Origin: Leptospiraceae bacterium
Lineage (GTDB): Bacteria; Spirochaetota; Leptospiria; Leptospirales; Leptonemataceae
Direction: 5' to 3'
Assembly (NCBI GenBank): GCA_040217195.1
Contig: JAVJNR010000003.1
Location: 128,001-192,000, forward strand
Length of the DNA: 64,000 nucleotides
The notes below the pieces were generated by a model. The model was not told where the DNA came from. It saw only the letters and a program-made list of their open reading frames with translations, and made no database searches. The position numbers and the translations under genes are program-made. Positions 49,093 to 57,405 of this stretch are shown in pieces (position 1 is the stretch's first letter; each line of letters begins with the position of its first letter).

Positions 49093-51777
49093 CTAGGGAA
49101 TCGTAAAGGTCCCTGCATCCGCCGGGCTGAACGGACTGTCCGTCACCCCTCCCGTCCCAGTACTATCGCAATAAAGCCAGCTCTGTCCCCCATCGCCGGA
49201 CACTCGTACCAGAACGGAATAAGTTCCCGAGGGCAGACCATCCAGAGTGTAGAACCATTCATCGTCATTACCTCCGCCCGAATAGGAAGGATTAGGTGCT
49301 CCATCGGCCCAGGTCCATGTAGAATTCCTGGGGTCAGATCCGTCCGCCCCGTAGCCCACCTGAAACTTGAAGTGCGAAGGCATGGTATCGTTGCTGCCAC
49401 TCTGATCGGTGTAAAATTGAACATAGAACTGTCCGTAGACAGCCACCGGAAGAGCACCGTTATGTGTGGTTGGATACTGTAATATGCACCATAAACCATC
49501 TTCAGAAGGCGTAAGAGCATCCAGTACGTCTGCACTCACCTCGCTGGAAAGGTTGCCTTCAACGCTTCCTTCTACCGTGGAAACCGCAAAGTAATAGGTC
49601 GTTCCATTGCTCAATCCGGTTACTGTGTAGGAGCTAGTAGCTGATCCTACCTGAACCTTTGTGCCACTGGACGTCTGACCCGAAGTCGTAGTGTAGTATA
49701 CATAATAGTCTGTGGCACCGCTTACATCCGGCCAGTCCAGGGTAACCTCCCCGCTGTCCACAGAAACTTCAATGGAAGATGGTGCATCCGGTTTGCCCAC
49801 AACTACAGCCTGCGAAGCAAGAGTGGATACGTTACCCACTCCATCCACTGCCCGGACCCTCACTGTATAATCTCCGTCCGGCAAAGCCACGGATCCGGTA
49901 TATTCGGTACCGGTGGTAATTGCAGTACCAGAAAAGGCCGGGGTGCTTCCATCTGTGGTATAGGCGATCTTACTGCATCCGGTGGCTCCAGTACCGGTGT
50001 CGGAGCAGCTTACTGTCAGGTTCACTCCATCGGGAAATGGACCGGCATTGGAAGGGGAAGTAAGAGATACTGAAGGTGAAGTGGCATCCTTTGATACAGA
50101 CCTGGTTGTAGAGCCGTAGTTGCCCAGTAGATTGCTAACACAGATTCGCACAGTGTTACTTCCTTCGCTTAAGTTCGATACTGAGATCTGTGAGGTAGTG
50201 TCCGGGCCGCCTGCAGTGACCGAACCGGTAACATTGCTATTTCCTCCGCCATTGGTGAGGGCTGTTCCAGTACTGCAATCACTGCCACCGATTCGAATCT
50301 GATAGCTACCGTCACGACTACTCTGCCATTCAATCTGAGCCGTTCCAGATCCATTTACCTGACTGTCATGGCTGTTCACCGTAATCGTAGCCAGAGCTGT
50401 ATCCACTGTGTAGGTCTCTGAAGTCACGGTTCCTACATTTCCGGCATTGTCTCTTGCTCTGGCACGGACATAGGTTACTGCATTGTCCGAGGGAGATAAA
50501 GCCGTGGAATACTGACTGCCAGAGGTAACGGTACCGTTGCTGCCATTGATGGCAGGATTGGCCGGTGCACTTCCTTCATTGGTAGCATAGGCAATCTTAT
50601 CGCATCCGGCCGAACCAGTATCCGAACAGGAAAGAGTGACGGATGGAATACTACCATAGGAGCCTCCCCCCGGAGCGGCTGTAACGGATGGAGCCGTATC
50701 ATCTCTCACGATTGTCGCAGTTTGAAAGCCAGTGAGTCCATTTCCAGAATCTACAACGCAGATTCTAAGTGTATGGCTGCCTTCTCCGGACAGGGCACTT
50801 GCATTGACTGTAGTATTTACATTTACCGTCGCTGTAGCTGTGCCAGTATCGATTGTGGTGCCATCTGTACAGTTTGTTGAGTTGATTCGAACCGAATAGC
50901 TTCCGTCTCGATCGGATTGCCAGGCCAGAATAGTGGAATTAATTGCACCGCTGCCTGTGCTCACATAATCGCTTCCAGCACTACCAGAAATGGCCGGTAC
51001 GTTATCATCGATTACGAAGGTTTCGGTTTGTACTACAGAACTATTGCCAGCAGCATCTCTGCACATCGCCCTGAGAGGGTAAGTTCCATTGCCGGCCCCC
51101 CCTACGGTTAAATTCACCGTGGCCGGAGAATTGACGGTGCCATTGGAGGTGGTCGGCATGCTTCCGTCCGTGGTATAAATAATCAGTCCTGGTGCAACAT
51201 CGTCGGTGCAGGTAAGGGTTACGGATTGAGCGGCTCCGTAGGTTCCACCGGAAGGACTAACTCCCATTGTTGGAGCGGTCACATCTGATTGAATATCAGA
51301 TAGAATGGTATCGTTGCTGCTTCCATCTCCATCTGTGTCGATTCCATCGATTGTTCCATCGGAATCTCCATCCAGAAAATCCACTTCGCTACCGGAGCAA
51401 CCCATTCCGGTTGTGACGCTAACTCCGCCCACCAGACAAATATAGTAATCCGGATTTCCATCCCCGTCCATATCGATGGCATCGGCCACGCCATCTCCGT
51501 TTTCATCGATGAGCCATACATCCGGCTCTCCGTCGCCATCCAGATCCAGGGAATCGGGCTGCCCGTTTCCGTCCCGGTCCAGAACTGTGCCATCGGTGGT
51601 ACCATTGCCATCCAGATCCACGGATTGGCCGACCACCAAACTTCCGTTCCCGTCGCCCAGAAGGGCCAGTAGTTCCAGAAGGGTTTCATCTGGCTCTCCA
51701 AAGATCAATGAGCAATGGCTAAATGAGAACAAACTGATAATAATAAAAATCCGGGTTATCTTCCTGGTAGATCTCAT
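49093..51777 (-). CDS. Large surface lipoprotein: Asp-rich DxDxDG repeats, chitobiase/CHB_HEX_C-like and Ig-like repeats, Fn3 domain, C-terminal Cys/Trp domain
   Basis: Lipobox-like FSHC; repeated DLDGNG/DRDGNG/DMDGDG; I.YTTDGS.P-type repeats; V.L.W..V.GA..Y.VYY...YTVTGL.NGTTYYF.V (Fn3); Ser/Thr/Gly rich. Confidence 0.85.
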   Translation of the reverse strand: MRSTRKITRIFIIISLFSFSHCSLIFGEPDETLLELLALLGDGNGSLVVGQSVDLDGNGTTDGTVLDRDGNGQPDSLDLDGDGEPDVWLIDENGDGVADAIDMDGDGNPDYYICLVGGVSVTTGMGCSGSEVDFLDGDSDGTIDGIDTDGDGSSNDTILSDIQSDVTAPTMGVSPSGGTYGAAQSVTLTCTDDVAPGLIIYTTDGSMPTTSNGTVNSPATVNLTVGGAGNGTYPLRAMCRDAAGNSSVVQTETFVIDDNVPAISGSAGSDYVSTGSGAINSTILAWQSDRDGSYSVRINSTNCTDGTTIDTGTATATVNVNTTVNASALSGEGSHTLRICVVDSGNGLTGFQTATIVRDDTAPSVTAAPGGGSYGSIPSVTLSCSDTGSAGCDKIAYATNEGSAPANPAINGSNGTVTSGSQYSTALSPSDNAVTYVRARARDNAGNVGTVTSETYTVDTALATITVNSHDSQVNGSGTAQIEWQSSRDGSYQIRIGGSDCSTGTALTNGGGNSNVTGSVTAGGPDTTSQISVSNLSEGSNTVRICVSNLLGNYGSTTRSVSKDATSPSVSLTSPSNAGPFPDGVNLTVSCSDTGTGATGCSKIAYTTDGSTPAFSGTAITTGTEYTGSVALPDGDYTVRVRAVDGVGNVSTLASQAVVVGKPDAPSSIEVSVDSGEVTLDWPDVSGATDYYVYYTTTSGQTSSGTKVQVGSATSSYTVTGLSNGTTYYFAVSTVEGSVEGNLSSEVSADVLDALTPSEDGLWCILQYPTTHNGALPVAVYGQFYVQFYTDQSGSNDTMPSHFKFQVGYGADGSDPRNSTWTWADGAPNPSYSGGGNDDEWFYTLDGLPSGTYSVLVRVSGDGGQSWLYCDSTGTGGVTDSPFSPADAGTFTIP

Positions 51778-52005
51778 GAAACGTTACCTGTATCCGCGGA
51801 GGAAATCCGCTTACTGAATACTACATGGCAGGGAGTACTCCCCAGGACGTACTTTTTTTGCCTTCTACTTTTTTCTGGGAATTTTCAATATGAGCCCGGG
51901 TAAAGGGCCCGAAGGATGGTTTCGTCCGTCCATAGTCGAAAAAAGCATCTATAAAGAAGACAAAATTGAGTTTTCCGGTCTTCCAAATCCGGGAATTATG
52001 GTGGC

Positions 52006-52464
52006 ATGCCCCGTTTTCGAGTTTTTCTGGCTGCCTTTTGTCTGATAATCTGCCAGTCCTTATTTGCAGAATCCCAATCCATTCTATATCTGAAGGATGG
52101 GAGCCGTCTGGTTGGTCTGGTGGAGGCCTGGACCGGGCAGTATTACCTGGTCCGAAGTCCTGCCGGCCATCTTTCCAGGATTGAGTCTCGAAGAATTCAA
52201 TCGGTGGAAAATAAGGCCTTCCCTCGCCTCTGCAACGTTGCACTATCTTCGGATCGGACGATTGAAGTGGAGGTTATGGAGATTACCGAGAAAGGAATTC
52301 TGATCAAGGTACCGCAAGAGGATAAGGCCCGAAAATCACTGTTCCAGTCACTGGAAAAAGAAGAAATGCAGACCAGTACCCTGGAATTGAATTACGATGA
52401 ATTTGACTCTCTGAACCTGTTCGGCGAAAAAAAAGAGTCCGAAAAACCAAACCCGGCCATGTAA
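52006..52464 (+). CDS. Exported hypothetical protein
   Basis: Signal peptide ending SLFA; ILYLKDGSRLVG small beta-domain motif; first gene of the ECF operon. Confidence 0.7.
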   Translation: MPRFRVFLAAFCLIICQSLFAESQSILYLKDGSRLVGLVEAWTGQYYLVRSPAGHLSRIESRRIQSVENKAFPRLCNVALSSDRTIEVEVMEITEKGILIKVPQEDKARKSLFQSLEKEEMQTSTLELNYDEFDSLNLFGEKKESEKPNPAM

Positions 52465-52467
52465 TAT

Positions 52468-52986
52468 ATGGAAGGACGGAAGATGCTGCATGAGATCTTT
52501 CAGCGCGAAGCGCCCGCTATGATTCGATTCTTGCAGTTTCGCAGAGGCCACAGCATGGAAGAAGCAGAAGATCTGGTTCAGGAAGCATTTGTTGCTCTCC
52601 ATGCCTATACTCAGAAGAAGAGGCTCGATTCTTTTCATGGCGGGCTTGCCTGGAAGTTTGTTCTGGGAAAAAGCCGGGATGAAAGAAAGAAGAAAAAGCT
52701 GGCTGTTCTGTCCACTCCTCCATCCGAGCAACTAAGTGCTGCATCGAATTCAACGGAAAATGAAATGGAGGAACTGAGAGAAGCTATTGATAGAGCTCTG
52801 CAATCTCTAAAGCCTCCGGCCAGCATCATTCTGGAAATGCGAATTTTTGAAAACCTGGATACCGAAACCATAGCCAGTGCTGTGGATCTGTCTGTGCGAC
52901 AGGTGAATCGAAATCTTGAAAAGGCCAGAAAGATAGTAGCTCAAGAAATGGAGCGATCAGGTCTGAACATGGAGGGATGGAAATGA
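52468..52986 (+). CDS. ECF-type RNA polymerase sigma factor
   Basis: EEAEDLVQEAFV (region 2), AL..L......ILEMR.FE.L....IA....LS...V...L..AR (region 4). Confidence 0.88.
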   Translation: MEGRKMLHEIFQREAPAMIRFLQFRRGHSMEEAEDLVQEAFVALHAYTQKKRLDSFHGGLAWKFVLGKSRDERKKKKLAVLSTPPSEQLSAASNSTENEMEELREAIDRALQSLKPPASIILEMRIFENLDTETIASAVDLSVRQVNRNLEKARKIVAQEMERSGLNMEGWK

Positions 52987-53984
52987 AAGAAGATCTATCC
53001 TTTCTGCATGAGGACCGTAGTCGCTGGCCCAGGGTATTTTCTGAATTATCCGAGCATCAACCCTATCCGGAACAACGCCTCCAAAGGCTCTGGGATCGCA
53101 TCGAAAGCGATATTGAAGAAAGTACACCGGTCAAAGCGCCCGCTACCAACTGGAGTGCATTGCAGCAACCCTATCTGGCAGCCGCCGGACTACTTGTAGC
53201 AGTAAGCGCGGCCTGGTTCTTCTGGCAGGGAAATACAGGATCCAGCACCCTGGCCATAGACTCTGCCCGGGGACTGACCATTCAAAGATCCGGAAATCTA
53301 ATCGCTGCTCCAGATTCCATCCAGAGCGGAGATAGTGCACTGTTAACCCGGGAAGGCTACCTGGACCTTTCCCTTTCTGAAAAGACTAGACTAACCTTTG
53401 AGGGATCCAGAATGGATTTTGAAGAAATATCGAGTAGCAAACGAAAGTTAAGGATTCATCTGCGAGAAGGATCTGTGACCATCTCTTCTGCGGACCCGGA
53501 CAAGGATGTAGTGGTAACAACTCCAAATGGAAGTTACCAGATCGTTGGCACTATCGCACGACTACAGAGCAGCAAAGCTACAGATCGAGTGGATGTACTG
53601 GAAGGTCAGGTGATGGCCACAGTTACCGATTCAACAGGCAAAGAAACCGTGCTGCCCGTTGTGGCCCAGAAATCCCTGCGAATAACGGAAGGAAAGACTA
53701 TAAACAGCGACATAGCCCAAGAGGCCAGAGAGGCATTGATTCAAAGAGACCGTCGCTTGAATGAATCCAGAGAGATACAATCCCCGCCCACGCCCTCGGC
53801 TACCATCAGTGGAACAGAAGAATTCCACGGTTCAAAAGTGAAGATTACTCTTTCGGACGGTCAGACTCTTGAAGGAATACTGGCCCCCCGGCTGCGGGGT
53901 ATGCCCTATACAATCCGCACCCGGGATGGCACAATGTCTCTGGATCCCAGGATGGTAGAAACGGTCAGGCATGTGGCACAATAA
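52983..53984 (+). CDS. FecR-domain anti-sigma factor
   Basis: ATGA overlap with sigma gene; AAAGLLVA TM; L..G.V, VTTPNG...IVGT, V.VLEG.V FecR motifs; C-terminal ITLSDGQTLEG domain. Confidence 0.85.
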   Translation: MKEDLSFLHEDRSRWPRVFSELSEHQPYPEQRLQRLWDRIESDIEESTPVKAPATNWSALQQPYLAAAGLLVAVSAAWFFWQGNTGSSTLAIDSARGLTIQRSGNLIAAPDSIQSGDSALLTREGYLDLSLSEKTRLTFEGSRMDFEEISSSKRKLRIHLREGSVTISSADPDKDVVVTTPNGSYQIVGTIARLQSSKATDRVDVLEGQVMATVTDSTGKETVLPVVAQKSLRITEGKTINSDIAQEAREALIQRDRRLNESREIQSPPTPSATISGTEEFHGSKVKITLSDGQTLEGILAPRLRGMPYTIRTRDGTMSLDPRMVETVRHVAQ

Positions 53985-54744
53985 TTATCGATTCGTTTGC
54001 ATGAGGATTGTTAGATCCATACCTGGAATGGCAATTGGACTGACCATACTTGTGCAGGTTAAGCCTGCCCTGGCCGAAGAGCCCCCGGGAACGCTGGATG
54101 AGCTCCGAAATCTTCGACTGGAGCTATCCAGAACCGAGATGGAAAAGAAAGTCCTGGAGATGAAAAAGGAAATTCTTGAACTGGAACAGGAAGCCAGCAT
54201 TTCCCAGGCAGAACTGGAAAATGAACTTTCAAGGATTCGCAAGATGGATCTGAGGTCAGAAGAGGCGGCCCGACGCAAAGCAGAGGCCAGCTTATCTGCT
54301 TACCAGAAGAACCTTATATTGCCGGGATGGGGTCATTATTCCCGGGGCAATAAAAACAAGGCCTATCTTTACGGAGGGCTCTTTCTCACCAGTCTCACAT
54401 ACACTGCCTATTCGATTCATCGCACGGAGGGTCTGGGCCAGAGAGTTAGCGAATTTGATGCTCTGGATCCGCTGTCCATCAAGTCCAGGAATCGTTTTGA
54501 AAACTCCAGACAGGAAAGTGCAGTCTTGATCGGAATTACTGTATTAATCTACGGGTTGGTGCTCACAGATCCCCTGGAGTGGTCTGGATTTGCAGATCCC
54601 TGGACTAACGAATCCATGAAATCGGATACCACAGGATCCGCGCCTTCGATTTTGCAATCACAGAGTCTTAAAGCAGGGTTCAGGAATGTAATCGGTCTAC
54701 AGGAAGATTACCAAACCTTGTTTTACTATTCTTTCTATCTCTAG
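53971..54744 (+). CDS. Exported protein with coiled coil and DUF5683-like (LPGWGH.Y) membrane region
   Basis: Signal peptide, Glu/Lys coiled coil, LILPGWGHYS.G...K motif, aromatic C-terminus; start could be 54001. Confidence 0.65.
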   Translation: MWHNNYRFVCMRIVRSIPGMAIGLTILVQVKPALAEEPPGTLDELRNLRLELSRTEMEKKVLEMKKEILELEQEASISQAELENELSRIRKMDLRSEEAARRKAEASLSAYQKNLILPGWGHYSRGNKNKAYLYGGLFLTSLTYTAYSIHRTEGLGQRVSEFDALDPLSIKSRNRFENSRQESAVLIGITVLIYGLVLTDPLEWSGFADPWTNESMKSDTTGSAPSILQSQSLKAGFRNVIGLQEDYQTLFYYSFYL

Positions 54745-54896
54745 TTGCGAAGATTGCAAAAAAAAAACTAACGGCCCGGCTTCCGCAGAAGGATTGGAAT
54801 CCACGACTCGCTTCCTTAACCGGGATTCCAATAGAGGAAATAGTCTCTTATCTGAGTCGCGGTTTAGGGTGTATCATCCTACAAAGAATTCGATGT

Positions 54897-56186
54897 CTAC
54901 TGAATGGAACCCAGTAACCTAGAATCCAGATCGTCCACATTCAAGTCCTGCTGAGCACCTGTTTTCAGATTCTTGATTCTTAACTGTCCCTTTTCCAGTT
55001 CTTCTGGACCCATAACCCCTGCATGGCTATGACCTTTTTTCTCGGCCAGGTCAAATTGTTTACCTAGCTTTCGCTTTCCATCCAGAGCCAGCTCTACCTG
55101 AACACCTGCATCTCTGAGCCTGGCCGCCACCTTTTCCGTATCTGCGGTCAGCTCTTCAGAAAACAGAGTCATAAACAGGCTGGATCGATTGCTCAGGTCG
55201 GGCTTCAATTTATGAACTTCCAGAAAATCCTGCAAAGTCACATCACCCATACCAAATCCAACGGCAGGAATGGACTCTTTTCCGAATTGAGAAAGAAGCT
55301 TATCGTATCTTCCTCCGCCAAACAGTGCTCTTGCATTATCCGGATGAGTATCATTCATTTCGAAAACAAGTCCGGTATAGTAATCGAAGCCGCGAACAAT
55401 ACCTGGATCAAACCGAAAGGACTCCGGAGAAACGTATTCAGAAAGCCGATCCTGAATCTTTTTTAGATGCTGTAAGATTGGATTGTCTTTCGCAGAATCC
55501 AGGGAAAGCTCGTAGAACTCCTCTACTCTATTTACAAGATCCTTTTTTTGCCACTGACCTCCCAGGTCATCGACGGTCTTGCGGAAGTCTTCCAGGTTTA
55601 GCTTATCTTTCTTATCCAGGATTCTGCCCAGGGCTCTCAGTTGATCTCCATTTAGCTCCGGAAAACTGTGATCCAGCAAACGCCGATCACTGAAACGCAG
55701 TACATAGTCAGAGGCTACGGCGCCGTAGGATTTCATTACATCTGCTGCAAGAGCCAGCACTTCCACCTCTGCAGCAATGCTTTCAGAACCAAGAAGATCC
55801 ACGTTTAGCTGATAGAACTCCCTGAGCCGTCCTCGACCCGGCCGTTCATATCGCATGAAATTGGCAATAGAGAACCATCGCAATGGTAATAGATAATTCT
55901 GGGGGCGACTACTGACCATACGGGCCAGGGTAGGCGTCATTTCCGGACGAATGGCTACCTTTCTCTCCCCTCGATCAGTGAAAATATAGAGCTGTTCACT
56001 TACAATTTCTTCCGAGGACTTTCGCAAATAGAGGTCCAGATATTCCAGGACCGGTGCACCGTATTCTCGATATCCGTATAATTCACAGACCTGTCTTTGT
56101 TTTTCTGCCATCCAGTTGCGAAATTCCATATCGTCCGGATAGAAATCTCTAGTTCCTGGATAGGGCTTGAGCCCTTGATTTGCCAT
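54897..56186 (-). CDS. hisS: Histidine--tRNA ligase
   Basis: GTRDFYP, RPEMTPT.AR, RYERP.RGRLREFYQ.NVD, IVRGFDYYTG.VFE, GGGRYD.L, AVGFGMG. Confidence 0.97.
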   Translation of the reverse strand: MANQGLKPYPGTRDFYPDDMEFRNWMAEKQRQVCELYGYREYGAPVLEYLDLYLRKSSEEIVSEQLYIFTDRGERKVAIRPEMTPTLARMVSSRPQNYLLPLRWFSIANFMRYERPGRGRLREFYQLNVDLLGSESIAAEVEVLALAADVMKSYGAVASDYVLRFSDRRLLDHSFPELNGDQLRALGRILDKKDKLNLEDFRKTVDDLGGQWQKKDLVNRVEEFYELSLDSAKDNPILQHLKKIQDRLSEYVSPESFRFDPGIVRGFDYYTGLVFEMNDTHPDNARALFGGGRYDKLLSQFGKESIPAVGFGMGDVTLQDFLEVHKLKPDLSNRSSLFMTLFSEELTADTEKVAARLRDAGVQVELALDGKRKLGKQFDLAEKKGHSHAGVMGPEELEKGQLRIKNLKTGAQQDLNVDDLDSRLLGSIQ

Positions 56187-56294
56187 GGATGCCTCTTGTT
56201 CTGGAAACTTTGAAATTCAGAATGCGGCAGTCCATGAAGCCCGAAGCTCGCCGACCATAATAGAAATGAATCAGTTTATGGTCGGTTCGAAGGC

Positions 56295-57389
56295 TCAGCC
56301 TGCCAGGGATTGAAGCAGAGATTTCAGACGGTCCTTGCTTCCTTTACGAAAGTCCGTATGTCCCAATCCCTGAAAATCCAGTCCTGCCAGCACCTTTTCA
56401 GCATCATCGCCAGTGGCGGCGGGCAGTTCTTCCATGTGGCGAATTGCACCATGTAGCCTGAGAGGGGCCTGCATTTTGAAAATCAAATCAAACGTGATCC
56501 ATTTCCTCAGAGGTGCATATTTTTTCAAGTCCTCATTTGTGAGCATTATTGCAATGCCGCCTTCAGAAATGTTAATTACTTTTTGCTTATCTTTGATTAG
56601 AAATGTATTGGCATCGATAATACGCTTCACCATTTCATCCGCCGCAGCGGCCAGGTCCTGTTGTCCCACAGGATCCAGATCCCCCTGAACTACCATATAT
56701 GCCAGGTTGGCCTGTCCACCGGCCTCGGACTCATAGACCACGGGCTGCGCAAAACCAGGACCCATCTGGGTAACAACTTCTGCTCCTTCATGACCTTCGA
56801 ACTGCTTTAAATAATCAGGGAACTTTGCATCATAGGGGGCATGGATCTTAAGACCCGAAAATCGACTACCCAGTCTCTTTTCGAATTCTGTAAAGATCAC
56901 CTGATTTGTAATCTGCAGTTTGGTGTTGTTGGGAGCTATCTCATTCTTACTAACGCGAAAGTTGGTAACAATTACAGTTCCATCACCCACTGGTATTCGA
57001 GGGAAGGCACGCATGGCTTTTCCGATTCGAACTTCCACCGGTCGGGCCTTTAAATGACCGGCCTCAACGATTTCATCAACTTGAAAATCCAGCTCAATCT
57101 GACGATTCAAGGTCAGAAACAATGTAAAGTTCCCCTCAATAGGAATGTTGGGCGCATAATGAAAGGTGACCACTCCATTCTCGGAGGGTTCACGACTGAA
57201 CTCCGCAGGCGGAACGGAATGCTTCAAAAACAGTGCCCGTCCCTCCAGTTTATTATCGATTAGATAGGTTAGCTTGGTGGGATCGCGAAGCACTTCCCAA
57301 TCTCTCTTACCATTTACTATTACTCTCATAGCTCCCATACCCGGTACTACAATATTGCCTTCCGGGGGGCTGATGTTTTCTGTGTTCAT
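56295..57389 (-). CDS. DUF1577-like / PilZ-type domain protein
   Basis: RAFPR (RxxxR) and NISEGG (D/NxSxxG) motifs; C-terminal FDLIFKMQAPL pattern as in Leptospira DUF1577 proteins. Confidence 0.7.
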   Translation of the reverse strand: MNTENISPPEGNIVVPGMGAMRVIVNGKRDWEVLRDPTKLTYLIDNKLEGRALFLKHSVPPAEFSREPSENGVVTFHYAPNIPIEGNFTLFLTLNRQIELDFQVDEIVEAGHLKARPVEVRIGKAMRAFPRIPVGDGTVIVTNFRVSKNEIAPNNTKLQITNQVIFTEFEKRLGSRFSGLKIHAPYDAKFPDYLKQFEGHEGAEVVTQMGPGFAQPVVYESEAGGQANLAYMVVQGDLDPVGQQDLAAAADEMVKRIIDANTFLIKDKQKVINISEGGIAIMLTNEDLKKYAPLRKWITFDLIFKMQAPLRLHGAIRHMEELPAATGDDAEKVLAGLDFQGLGHTDFRKGSKDRLKSLLQSLAG

Positions 57390-57405
57390 AGAAGCTCCCG
57401 GACAT

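Noticed and set aside
48714..49535. Small ORFs in and around the gap after the acyltransferase
   Set aside because: They overlap real genes or the terminator, show no recognisable motifs and have no clear RBS.
56251..56285. Attenuator/T-box upstream of hisS (CCGACCATAA...TTATGGTCGG)
   Set aside because: A single hairpin with a large loop, no T-box consensus and no leader peptide; more likely a 3' stabilising stem of the upstream gene.
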